Positions 18,934 through 28,758 are shown, counted from the first letter of the stretch. The stretch is 64,000 bases of DNA from an uncultured Bacillales bacterium (GCA_964568525.1 CAZMPM010000001.1:21307-85306); one strand, 5' to 3'. Program-made: numbers and translations. Notes: generated from the sequence alone by a model not told the origin.

Positions 18934-19830
18934 GTGACTAAAATTGAAACAAGAAATATTGTAGGTGGTATCGTTACATTTCTTGCTGGTGTTGCTGTTC
19001 CTGTTCTCGCTATAGTACTTTTATTTGATAATTATTTTTCTATTTTAAAAGGGTTCGCAACTGCTGGCAAACCTGCTGGCGTTATGATGCAAGATATTCA
19101 TCAACCTTTATTTTCTGCAATTTTAATGCTTGCTGGAGTATTTATGTTAGTTTCTTCTGTAGGCTTCTTTTATCAAAAGAAATGGGCATTCGTTTATGGA
19201 TTAATCGGTAGTGTTATTGCTATTTTTGGTGGCTGGATGATGTCTATGTTCCCATTAATGGTTGGGTTAACACCTTACCACTTTAGCACATTCTTCATTG
19301 GCGCAATCGTATTCTTTACATTGCTGATTTATGTTAGAAGAGCTGAAGCAAAAGTGTGGATTACTAGTTTTCTATTCGGTATGGCATTCGTAATGACATT
19401 TATGAATGGTAACGCTGCTCTTAATAAAATAATGGGCGGAAACCAAATGGCTAGAAATATGGCTGGTGCTCAAGGAGTTCCTGGTCCAACAGCTCCACAC
19501 CGCGCATGGGCTAAAATGAATGTAAACGATCAACTTATGTATGAGTTGGTTCAACAAATCCTATGGGTTGGCGCATTTGCTTTCTTTGTGTTAACTATTG
19601 CAGTAGTTTTCAGAAAAGATTGGGTATGGCCTGTAGCTCTAGGTGCATCAATTATCGCAATCGGCGCTGGCTTCCCAGTTGCAATTGCTGATACAATTGC
19701 TAGTGGAGAAACTTCACAATTCTTATATGGTCCAGTTCTAGGTGTTATTATCTTCTTTGCACTATTCATCTTTAAAGATCGTTTATGGGCAGAAGGTAAA
19801 CCACTATTTAAGAAAAAAGCGAAAGCTTAA
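18934..19830 (+). CDS. polytopic membrane protein, unknown family (copy 2)
   Basis: GTG start after an AAAGGAGG RBS. Same 298-aa length as copy 1, collinear, with most positions identical by eye. Confidence 0.8.
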   Translation: MTKIETRNIVGGIVTFLAGVAVPVLAIVLLFDNYFSILKGFATAGKPAGVMMQDIHQPLFSAILMLAGVFMLVSSVGFFYQKKWAFVYGLIGSVIAIFGGWMMSMFPLMVGLTPYHFSTFFIGAIVFFTLLIYVRRAEAKVWITSFLFGMAFVMTFMNGNAALNKIMGGNQMARNMAGAQGVPGPTAPHRAWAKMNVNDQLMYELVQQILWVGAFAFFVLTIAVVFRKDWVWPVALGASIIAIGAGFPVAIADTIASGETSQFLYGPVLGVIIFFALFIFKDRLWAEGKPLFKKKAKA

Positions 19831-19865
19831 GGCAAATAAGTAAATTTAATTAACAATAAATAAAT

Positions 19866-19916
19866 GAGCTTTGTTTAAGTGGAGTAATCATCCAGATAAG
19901 CAAAGCTCTTTATTTT
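19866..19916. terminator. long-hairpin terminator of cassette 2 (also faces the convergent small gene)
   Basis: GAGCTTTGTTTA/TAAGCAAAGCTC outer stem and an inner TGGA/TCCA stem, then TTTATTTT. The architecture matches 18632-18676. Confidence 0.55.
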
Positions 19917-19928
19917 AATTATTATTAT

Positions 19929-20156
19929 TTATTCGCTTTGCAAGGATTCAATAAATCTCATCAGGGTGGCTCTTTGTTCAGGGGTCAACTTAAGGGTAGT
20001 TTCAACAATTTTCTGGACATCTGGCGGTAGTGCTGCAAGTGAGTTATAATGCTCTTGACCAATCTTATTAATAATATCTTCGACTAAAACTTTCGACTCA
20101 TCCAGTGTTTTATATAACTCAATGAGAGAGTTTAGGGAAAAAATTTTATTACTCAT
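19929..20156 (-). CDS. small acidic helical protein (75 aa), unknown function
   Basis: I trimmed the start to the ATG at 20156, which has a GAGGAG RBS 10 nt upstream. That ATG overlaps the stop of the upstream mini-ORF. Confidence 0.55.
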   Translation of the reverse strand: MSNKIFSLNSLIELYKTLDESKVLVEDIINKIGQEHYNSLAALPPDVQKIVETTLKLTPEQRATLMRFIESLQSE

Positions 20157-20319
20157 ATAGTGAATGCTCCTCATAAGACAGTATGTTATCAATTTCTTTC
20201 TTTATAAGCATTAACTCATCATTTGATAATCTCTTTACATCGCGTAGCATGCCGTTCAGCTTAAATGTTTTAAAATCGCTAATAGAAGATGGAATAATAA
20301 CTTCGTTTTTACAGGTCAT
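20149..20319 (-). CDS. small protein (56 aa), unknown function; not in the supplied ORF track
   Basis: Hand translation gives MTCKNEVIIPSSISDFKTFKLNGMLRDVKRLSNDELMLIKKEIDNILSYEEHSLYE. An AAAGGAG RBS lies upstream. Its TAA overlaps the downstream ATG (TATGAGTAA). Confidence 0.45.
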   Translation of the reverse strand: MTCKNEVIIPSSISDFKTFKLNGMLRDVKRLSNDELMLIKKEIDNILSYEEHSLYE

Positions 20320-20648
20320 AATTGAAACAAACTCCTTTCTTTAGATAACGATTTAATATTATCATGCTTCTATCTTAATAAAAATAGGCTAATATTATTA
20401 AATAAGTCTAAATTTAAGTGAAAACACATGTAGAGCATGTTTAAAGTTTGTTAAACAGTATAATGCATAAAAAAACTATGTTTTATGCAAGATTTAAAAT
20501 TTTTATCATTAAGTCACGACATAAACAAAAATATTCAATGAATTTATACATAATAATTTTCAAATAGTAATTAGCGGAATTGTATTTAATTTAGATAAAT
20601 ACTAAAATAGTAATAAGTTTAAAATAAAAGCATGAACGGACTGAGTAA

Positions 20649-23600
20649 ATGAAGAGACTGATTAGATATAATCATTCGATGCGACTGGGAAGTGGACTTC
20701 AGCAAGTTGCCGCGGATGATCAAAAGATAATTTATCTATTACCGGACAGCACGCTTTTTTTCGAGCTCAAAGAACAGATCAATCATTTAAATCCTCTATG
20801 GTTAAATAAAGTAGAGTTTATGACTTTTGATCAGTTGCTACGAAAGCTCTTGCCAGCCGATAAACATGTAATTGTGGGCAAAAATGAAGCGCTTGAGCTC
20901 CTGCAAATTCTGCTGACTGAGCTTAATAGTAATGCTGAACTTAGATATTTTTCTAATTTTTCTAATCAAGTTGGAGCGGTTGAACGGATTCTTGATTGGA
21001 TTTTGGAGATGAAGGCTCATCAGATATCACCTTTCGAGCTTGCTACTCTGTGGGCTGCTTCCGGTCCAAAATATCTTGATCTGCTTCGAATCTATGAGAG
21101 TTATCAAGAGTTTTTTTCTGCGAACTCGCTTTTTGATATGTGGGACAGATATGTTGTTGCAATAAGGATGATTAAAGAGACAGCAATACTGATTAATGTT
21201 GACAAAATAATTGTAGAGCAATGTAACGATTTAATGCCTGTACAGATTCAACTTTTAAATGAGTTGGCTGATGCTGGCATTTCTGTTTGTATAAATCTAT
21301 TAAATTCCGATCAACGTCCTGCTATTGGGCGTGAACGCAATAATCTTATTTTGCGATTAAGGCAGGCAGGTTTTGATATTGAGGAAGCTTCTATCCAAAC
21401 AGCTGTTACTCGAGCACCAGGATTGGAGCATCTAGCGGCAAATATTTTTAAATTACAACCTGATAAAGTAGCTTCGGAAGATTGCTTAAGATTAGTCTAT
21501 ACTTCAGGCAATAGGCAAGAGATTGAGGAAATCGCGGCACGCATTAAGGAGCATGCCCTGGTTGACCAGATAGCTTTAGAGGAGATTGCGATAGTTGCCC
21601 AGCCAATCGTAGAGTATCAGAAGTTAATTAATGAAATATTTCAAGAAGCTAATATACCGTTTAATATCAGTAGAAGAGCTAGTTTGCGGGATAGTTTATA
21701 TTATAATCTACTCCTATCTATTTTTAAGTTGAAGGCGGGTCATCAAGAATTATGGATTGACCTGATTTACAGTGATTATTTGAGTAAAAATCAAGCATCG
21801 TTTCAGCGTAGAATAAAGGAAATATTCTTGGAATTGGGTTCGCCAGAAATGATGGCGACTTGGAATGAGCGACTAGAAACGCAGGTGAAAATGTGTACCA
21901 GTAAAAATATTGACCTAAATACTGTCCGCAGAACTATGGAACAGTTATACAAGTTAGTTGAACGAGTGCCACTAAGTGGGGCCTTTAGGGATTATCTTGA
22001 TTTTATCAAAAGTTTTGAACGAGATTATAAAATTGATCAGCAAATTAGTGCACGGGCATTGAATAATATTGAGAATGATTCAGCACTTTTTGAGCAGGTT
22101 AGTTATAGCGAATTACATAATGTCTTGAATAAATTTGAAAGTCGCAAAGAGCTTTACGACAACTCAAGAATATTAACAATCACTGAGTGGATTACTTTTC
22201 TCAATAGACTTTGTGAAGATTCGGGATTTAGCTATCAAAGTCGGAGAAGCGAGGGTGTCCAGTTGTTGCGACCGAATCAAATATATGGGCGCTCTTTCAG
22301 ACTGGTTTTTGTTGCCGGGTTGTTAGAGGGAACATTTCCGCAAAATATTGCTGAAGACTGGCTTCTTTCAGAAAATGACAAAATTCAATTTAACGATGCA
22401 GGCTTTCCACTCAAACTTTTCGGCGACCATAGTTCGATTGAGAAGATGAACTTTTATGAGACGATTAGTGCTGCCAGCAAACAGCTATACCTGCTTTGTC
22501 CTAAAAAAGATGAAGAGGGACCAGAAAACCTAATTTCGAGTTTTCTTGATGAAGTTAAAAATCTATATTTACCAGAGACGATTATAAACAAAACAATCGA
22601 GTTGGTTGATGTCATTCCAAAATGCTGTAACGATATTGCAACTGCGAGCCAAGCGTTACAGAAAAAATACGCTGAGCTATATCGGAATCGGTCCCAATCG
22701 GAACTTGCGCAATCAATAAACTCTAGTTTCCGCACCGGCGAACCAACTGAGGTTGCAGAGTTAATTCAAGTTAATCGCGGTATTACGAGTATTATTGATA
22801 AAGAGAACAACCTTGTTTCTAGTTATGACGGATATATTTCGAATAATGAAGATTTATTCAAAGAACTAGATGAAAAAATATGGAGCGCAACCCAATTAAA
22901 TAAGGCTAGCCAGTGTCGTTTTGCCTACTTTGCTGAGGGAATTCTGAAACTGAGCAGTTGGGAAGAACCGGATGGGATGATTAATCCGCTTTTGCGTGGT
23001 AATATTTTTCATTCTGTATTAGAAAAAGTTATGTCTGCTTATAATAATCCCGATGTTAAGCAACTTACTCAGGCAGAAATTGAACTAAATATTCATGCAA
23101 TAGAGAAGCTCGTTGCTACTGAATTTGCACGCTTATACGAATCCGAGTGTAACTATCTTGAACCGTTATTTATCGATTTAGGCTTGTGGCAGATAACTAA
23201 GGACATCACAAATATCTTGACACATGAGAAATATGGACGGGAGCGCTCGACTGAATATTTTTATCCGAAATATTTGGAGTATGGATTTGGTCAATCACTT
23301 GATAATCTGTTAGAGCTAAAGTATCCAGAGACTACTGTTAAAATTCGCGGAAAGATTGACCGGATTGATGCGAGTGAGACTGATTATTATACAATATATG
23401 ACTATAAAAGCGGCAGTAAGCCGACAAATACGGAGATTAAGTCGGCAACAGACCTACAACTATATATTTATTTATTAGCGCTTATTGAGCAATTAGAGAT
23501 TAATCAGGACAAAATAGCCGGAGCTGCGTATTATGGAGTCGGCAAGCCTAATGCCAAGAATGAGGTAACTAATTCGCGGAATGTAGGTTTGTGGAAGCTA

Positions 23601-23843
23601 GAACATAAGGAACGTTTAGGTTTGAATATTAACAAAACTACTGGTTACGAGGAGCAAGAGTGGAATGACCTGCTGCTTGCGGCAAAAGAACAAATAAAGA
23701 ATTTGGTCATTCAGTTACGCAGTGGTGATTTTGCTGTTGTGCCAACGACGTCATGTCCAAACTATTGCCAATTTAAACAAATTTGCCGGGTAGATAAAGA
23801 CCGGACAAGATGGAAAAGGTACGAGGGGAGGAAAAACCAATGA
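20649..23843 (+). CDS. addB: AddB/RexB-like subunit of helicase-nuclease (PD-(D/E)XK nuclease with Cys cluster, degenerate ATP site)
   Basis: 1064 aa. C-terminal nuclease motif GKIDRID...YTIYDYKSG, plus Cys residues QCRFAYF...SCPNYCQFKQIC. The N-terminal Walker A position reads RLGSGLQ, with no GKT. Confidence 0.75.
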   Translation: MKRLIRYNHSMRLGSGLQQVAADDQKIIYLLPDSTLFFELKEQINHLNPLWLNKVEFMTFDQLLRKLLPADKHVIVGKNEALELLQILLTELNSNAELRYFSNFSNQVGAVERILDWILEMKAHQISPFELATLWAASGPKYLDLLRIYESYQEFFSANSLFDMWDRYVVAIRMIKETAILINVDKIIVEQCNDLMPVQIQLLNELADAGISVCINLLNSDQRPAIGRERNNLILRLRQAGFDIEEASIQTAVTRAPGLEHLAANIFKLQPDKVASEDCLRLVYTSGNRQEIEEIAARIKEHALVDQIALEEIAIVAQPIVEYQKLINEIFQEANIPFNISRRASLRDSLYYNLLLSIFKLKAGHQELWIDLIYSDYLSKNQASFQRRIKEIFLELGSPEMMATWNERLETQVKMCTSKNIDLNTVRRTMEQLYKLVERVPLSGAFRDYLDFIKSFERDYKIDQQISARALNNIENDSALFEQVSYSELHNVLNKFESRKELYDNSRILTITEWITFLNRLCEDSGFSYQSRRSEGVQLLRPNQIYGRSFRLVFVAGLLEGTFPQNIAEDWLLSENDKIQFNDAGFPLKLFGDHSSIEKMNFYETISAASKQLYLLCPKKDEEGPENLISSFLDEVKNLYLPETIINKTIELVDVIPKCCNDIATASQALQKKYAELYRNRSQSELAQSINSSFRTGEPTEVAELIQVNRGITSIIDKENNLVSSYDGYISNNEDLFKELDEKIWSATQLNKASQCRFAYFAEGILKLSSWEEPDGMINPLLRGNIFHSVLEKVMSAYNNPDVKQLTQAEIELNIHAIEKLVATEFARLYESECNYLEPLFIDLGLWQITKDITNILTHEKYGRERSTEYFYPKYLEYGFGQSLDNLLELKYPETTVKIRGKIDRIDASETDYYTIYDYKSGSKPTNTEIKSATDLQLYIYLLALIEQLEINQDKIAGAAYYGVGKPNAKNEVTNSRNVGLWKLEHKERLGLNINKTTGYEEQEWNDLLLAAKEQIKNLVIQLRSGDFAVVPTTSCPNYCQFKQICRVDKDRTRWKRYEGRKNQ

Positions 23844-26800
23844 GTCTCTCACCAACGCCAGAGCAGCTTGCTGCCATAAATACGTTAGATAGAAACTGCA
23901 TTGTTACTGCCGGAGCTGGCTCGGGCAAAACCTTCGTACTTGTTGAGCGTTTTCTAAAAATAATTGAAGAAGAAGCGAAAACTGACGCAAACATAGTTGG
24001 CAAGATAGTTGCAATCACCTTTACCGATAAAGCGGCTAATGAGATGAAGCAGCGGGTTCGAACCAAATGTATCAACCGCAGGGAGATTTCCGTTGCTATT
24101 AATAATGAAGAGGATGTTGAGTTGTGGTCAAATATTATTTTGCAATTAGAGAATGCCAATATCGCGACCTTCCATGCCTATTGCACGAAGTTGCTCAGAC
24201 TTCATCCGATTGAAGCAGGACTTGATCCACGCTTTGAGGTGATGGAAGGGACTGAGTCGAAACGTGTAATTTATCATGTGATTGAAAAAATTGTTAAAAA
24301 TGCGCTGGTTACTCATAATAAAGCGAATGGTGGAGAATTATTCCATTGGGTAACGGTGGTTGGTTTTAAGAAAGCAGTTAGCAATTTAGTAGAAATTTAT
24401 GAAAAAATTTGCAATCACATTACTGAGCTGGATGAGGCAGTCAAGTTAACTGAGGACAGCTTTAACGAGGGCTTTAGCGAGGTCTTGTCAGCCATTCCTC
24501 AACTGATTGGGTTGGCTGATACACTTTACAATGTTGAGGGTGATTCGAATAAAATGACGGAATTTCGCGAATTTTGGGGAGAGGTGCGTATTAATATTGA
24601 CTTTAGCGCCATTGATCCAGCTGATTTCGCTAGTCTTGTAACAGTACTTGTGGCAAAAAGTAGTGGCAATTTTTATCTTGACGCTGCAAAAAGTGCGCGC
24701 CAAGAATTAAATACTTATACAAAACAGCTTGCGGAGTTCGTGAATGCTTTTGTGAGTTATCAGCAGCAGGAGCAGAATCTAACCAGTGAAATATTGCGTG
24801 TAATTAGAGAAATCGATTTGGCATACAAAAAAGAAAAAAATGAATTAAACAAATTGGATTTTAATGATCTCATTCTACGAGTAATTCATTTACTGCGTGG
24901 TAGTGACGAGATTAGAGCAAAAGTACGCACAGGCATTGCATATCTGATGGTTGATGAATTTCAAGATAGCAACCAGATTCAGAAAGAGCTAATTGACCTG
25001 CTACTTATTGATGAACATGGACAGATTAAATCAGGGGGACTTTTTATTGTTGGCGATCCTAAGCAATCAATCTATCGTTTTCGCGGTGCCGATGTTAGCA
25101 TCTTTAAGGAGATGGAGAAACAACTGGCAAGTCATGGTGGATCGATTCTACCGATGAAAATAAATTTCCGTTCGCAACCAGAGGTGATTGATTTTGTTAA
25201 TCATTTTTTTGCAAGAATTATGTCGCCCGATGCTAATTCTCCTAACTATTATGAAGAAGCCGAGTATGGAAGGAAAGAGCTGGGTGTGGGCAGAATTGAA
25301 TACATCCCGGTTTTTGATGTAAAAAATGGTGCCGATATTGAAGAGGAAGATGTTGATGCAGATCTGTTAGCTGAGTACAAGCTACAAGAACGAGAGGCGA
25401 TGCTGATTGCTGCACGAATTAAGGAATTTGTTGATCATGGTATTGAGCCGAAAGAGATTACCATTCTTTTTCAAGCAATGACAAATATTCGACTTTATGA
25501 ACAAGCACTGCGCATTGTAGATGTGCCGTTCTATACGGTTGGTGGCCGGGGGTTTTTCGCTAAACAGGAGATCTATGATCTATTAAATATCTTAAATTAT
25601 CTAGATGATCAATCGAACCAGATAGCTCTAGCTGGTATTTTACGCTCGCCACTTGTTGCAATAACTGATGAGACATTATATTTGTTAGCCAAAAAAGGCC
25701 TTCTTCACAAGCCGCTTAGCAGCTGGGACCATGAGTTAGCGTCGCTTCCTGTAGATGAGATCAGTAAGCTGAATTTTATTAGCAAAATTTTTACATTGTG
25801 GGCGGCAGAATGGAGTGGTACCAGCATTATAGAACAGCTTGATTTTTGGGTTAATCGGACTAATTTCAAAGCAATTCTACTCGCAAACGAGGATGGAATC
25901 CAAAAAGTAGCGAACATTAATAAATTTAGAAGAATTGTTAGCGAACTATCTGCTGATAATCCTTTTTCAACCTATCTGTTATTAAAACGGATTGAGCGGA
26001 TTATTTCTGATGAAGAAAAAATTACGGAAGCGGCAATTTCCTCCGAGGCAGACAATGCCGTTCGCCTAATGAATATCCACCAATCTAAAGGCTTAGAATT
26101 TCCGTATGTATTTATCCCAAACTTATCGCGCAAGCCGGTTAGCGAGCAGTCGATAATCCGCTACGATCTAAAAAAAGGCTTAAGTTGCAAGGTTCCGCTG
26201 CCAAATGGAGAATTTGGTGTGCCACTACGCTGGCTTCTGGTTAGAGAACAGGAGAGACTTTTAGAGCGAGAGGAATCGATTCGCTTGTTTTACGTGGCAG
26301 CCACACGCGCCATCAACGGTTTAATTCTGTCAGGGAAATTTGAGGAAGAGATGAATGAGGAGCAGACCAACGATAGCTCAATCTGGAGCAAGTGGTTTGG
26401 CACAATTTTCGATTTTTCAAAGAGTCGCAATAACACACTCCCATACACCACAAAAGGGCGCACAAGGGAAATACAGGTCTTTACAAAAGAAATTAACCTT
26501 GACCTGCTCAACACAGAACGAAAAGAGCTTGTTGATATCACAAAAATTGTGGAAGCGGCAATAACTGAGGCGCAAATTGATGTAACAAATGAAAGTACTG
26601 AGTGTGGTTATTTAAAAAAAATTAACACCGAAAATAGTAGCCGAATATTTAACATAACAGCAATTAATCGTTATTTAAAATGTCCGCGGTTTTATTATTA
26701 CTTTGATGTCAGAAAAATTAATCGTATTTTCCCAAGCTTTTTAACAAAGGTTGAAATTGATGACAAGCGAGAAATAGTTGACGATGACTTAACAAACATA

Positions 26801-27436
26801 AGTTTGGAACAGAGGTTATCGCCACAATTAAAAGGGATAATCGTTCATAATTTAATGGAAAGGATTACGCTTGATCCCACTAATCTGATGTGCTGGGAGA
26901 AGCTTTTTGACGAGCAGCTGGCCGAGATCGTTTTGGAAGATACTGCGGAAGCTATTGCGGAAACAGCGACTTTTAAAGAAGAGGTAGGTGCTTTTATAAG
27001 TAATTATGCAACAAACCCACTAGCGCAATCAAATGCTAATGAGATTCTGGCGGAGTTGGAATTCATTTTGCAACTGGCCAACGGTAAAGTATACGGTTTA
27101 ATCGACCGCATCGAGCTAACGGATGATAGCTTTACGATTATTGATTATAAAACGGATCAGGTGATTCAAGTAGAGCAATATGCTGCACAAATAAAAACGT
27201 ATGCGCTTGCTATGCTGAAAAATCTTAAAAAAGAGGCGCAGGGTGGATTTCTCTACTACATTCGTCATAATCGTTTAGAGGAGATTACTGTTGATAAGGA
27301 TACGCTGTTAAGATGGGAGACTGAACTAGAAGGGATTCTGTTTGAGATTAACCAAGCGATTAATAGCAACAACTATACAAAAAAGTTAGAGCAATGCTCT
27401 AATTGTGAATTTGCTAAGCTATGTGCAAATGATTAA
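23840..27436 (+). CDS. addA: AddA/RexA-like UvrD-family helicase-nuclease subunit
   Basis: ATG at 23840 overlaps the addB stop (ATGA). Motifs: Walker A TAGAGSGKT, VDEFQDSN, GDPKQSIYRFRGA, and C-terminal nuclease GLIDRIE...IIDYKTD. Confidence 0.85.
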   Translation: MSLSPTPEQLAAINTLDRNCIVTAGAGSGKTFVLVERFLKIIEEEAKTDANIVGKIVAITFTDKAANEMKQRVRTKCINRREISVAINNEEDVELWSNIILQLENANIATFHAYCTKLLRLHPIEAGLDPRFEVMEGTESKRVIYHVIEKIVKNALVTHNKANGGELFHWVTVVGFKKAVSNLVEIYEKICNHITELDEAVKLTEDSFNEGFSEVLSAIPQLIGLADTLYNVEGDSNKMTEFREFWGEVRINIDFSAIDPADFASLVTVLVAKSSGNFYLDAAKSARQELNTYTKQLAEFVNAFVSYQQQEQNLTSEILRVIREIDLAYKKEKNELNKLDFNDLILRVIHLLRGSDEIRAKVRTGIAYLMVDEFQDSNQIQKELIDLLLIDEHGQIKSGGLFIVGDPKQSIYRFRGADVSIFKEMEKQLASHGGSILPMKINFRSQPEVIDFVNHFFARIMSPDANSPNYYEEAEYGRKELGVGRIEYIPVFDVKNGADIEEEDVDADLLAEYKLQEREAMLIAARIKEFVDHGIEPKEITILFQAMTNIRLYEQALRIVDVPFYTVGGRGFFAKQEIYDLLNILNYLDDQSNQIALAGILRSPLVAITDETLYLLAKKGLLHKPLSSWDHELASLPVDEISKLNFISKIFTLWAAEWSGTSIIEQLDFWVNRTNFKAILLANEDGIQKVANINKFRRIVSELSADNPFSTYLLLKRIERIISDEEKITEAAISSEADNAVRLMNIHQSKGLEFPYVFIPNLSRKPVSEQSIIRYDLKKGLSCKVPLPNGEFGVPLRWLLVREQERLLEREESIRLFYVAATRAINGLILSGKFEEEMNEEQTNDSSIWSKWFGTIFDFSKSRNNTLPYTTKGRTREIQVFTKEINLDLLNTERKELVDITKIVEAAITEAQIDVTNESTECGYLKKINTENSSRIFNITAINRYLKCPRFYYYFDVRKINRIFPSFLTKVEIDDKREIVDDDLTNISLEQRLSPQLKGIIVHNLMERITLDPTNLMCWEKLFDEQLAEIVLEDTAEAIAETATFKEEVGAFISNYATNPLAQSNANEILAELEFILQLANGKVYGLIDRIELTDDSFTIIDYKTDQVIQVEQYAAQIKTYALAMLKNLKKEAQGGFLYYIRHNRLEEITVDKDTLLRWETELEGILFEINQAINSNNYTKKLEQCSNCEFAKLCAND

Positions 27437-28236
27437 TAGCGATGTTGTTCTCCGATAAATGCGTTTGCGACACGATTCCAAAATGGAAATGGACGATAGC
27501 GTATAAATCTAATTTTTTCATCTGCGACAGCGCATTTGATCGATTGAATTTTATCAAGTTTCACGTTGAGGTGATCATAAGAGATTGATAATTCACCTTC
27601 ATACTCTGGTAGCAGTTCAATTGTCTGCCCCTTAGGTAGCAATAACGAAGATCCGATCGTGCGGTAAACGCGATTATTTAGTGAAGCAATCTCGCTAAGT
27701 TGTATCGACTCGAATGATGGGTGAATAATCGCTCCGCCAATACTTTTGTTATAGGCAGTGCTGCCAGATGGCGTTGCAATACAAAGTCCATCACCACGGA
27801 AGGTTTCAAAATCATAACCGTTAATCTTAACTCTCATCACGAGACTTTTTTTTAGACTTTTGACTACAAATTCGTTGAGGGAAATAACTTCGTATTCGCT
27901 ATCTTCAGTATAAATAGTAACTTTCACAAGTGGATATTCGCTAATTCTAAATTCGTTATTATTAGCAATCATTGTTGTTAAAATTTCTAAATCTTCAACC
28001 TGCCAATCAGCATAAAAGCCTAAATGTCCAGTATGAATTCCCAGGAAAGCAATGTCTTGTAGGCGGTCTCTATACTGATGGAATGCCTTTAGAAAAGTGC
28101 CGTCACCGCCGATTGAGATAACGATTGTCGGCGCTTTATTGTCATTTACCAGCTTATGCTTATCAGCATACTTTTTAAACTGCGCAGCGGTATCTAAAGA
28201 AATTAGATTGTCGCGTACTACTAAACCGTACTTCAT
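27433..28236 (-). CDS. nadK: NAD kinase
   Basis: GGDGTFL motif and TPSGSTAYNKSIGG. ATG at 28236 follows a GGGAGGTG RBS. Confidence 0.9.
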   Translation of the reverse strand: MKYGLVVRDNLISLDTAAQFKKYADKHKLVNDNKAPTIVISIGGDGTFLKAFHQYRDRLQDIAFLGIHTGHLGFYADWQVEDLEILTTMIANNNEFRISEYPLVKVTIYTEDSEYEVISLNEFVVKSLKKSLVMRVKINGYDFETFRGDGLCIATPSGSTAYNKSIGGAIIHPSFESIQLSEIASLNNRVYRTIGSSLLLPKGQTIELLPEYEGELSISYDHLNVKLDKIQSIKCAVADEKIRFIRYRPFPFWNRVANAFIGEQHRY

Positions 28237-28449
28237 CAGTACACCTCCCATTAGAACTATCTACATTATACAGTATGTCGCTTTTAGATGGTAGCAGTTG
28301 TCGTAAGTTTGGAATTTGCGAAATATATTTTTGGGTGGTATTATTGCAGTGGATAAGATATAATAACATAAGTGGTATTTTATGAATAGTCGTTTTTAGT
28401 GTATTTAAAAAATAGAGTAGATGAAATCGTTCTATGAGGAGGAAGAGAG

Positions 28450-28701
28450 ATGGGAATTGCAGGAATTGGTATACCGGGTTTAATTCTGATTTTGGTTATT
28501 GCTTTAATTATTTTTGGACCAAATAAATTGCCACAGCTTGGAAGAGCGGCAGGTTCGACTTTAAGAGAATTTAAAGCAGCTACTAAAGGACTACATGATG
28601 ATGTAAAAGAAGATATTCAAGAATTAAAAGAAGATGCGAAAGATATCAAGGAAGATGTACAAGAGGCTGTTACTGCTGAAATCAAACCTGATAAGAAGTA
28701 A
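28450..28701 (+). CDS. tatA: twin-arginine translocase TatA/TatE family protein
   Basis: An N-terminal TM helix followed by [14 protein letters not shown] and an amphipathic acidic tail. Confidence 0.9.
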   Translation: MGIAGIGIPGLILILVIALIIFGPNKLPQLGRAAGSTLREFKAATKGLHDDVKEDIQELKEDAKDIKEDVQEAVTAEIKPDKK

Positions 28702-28720
28702 TAAGAGAATGTGTAAATAA

Positions 28721-28758
28721 AAATCCCTGTTAGTTAGACTAACAGGGATTTATTTTTA
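28721..28758. terminator. bidirectional rho-independent terminator
   Basis: Perfect 13-14 bp stem AAATCCCTGTTAG/CTAACAGGGATTT, flanked by an A-run and a T-run. Confidence 0.8.
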
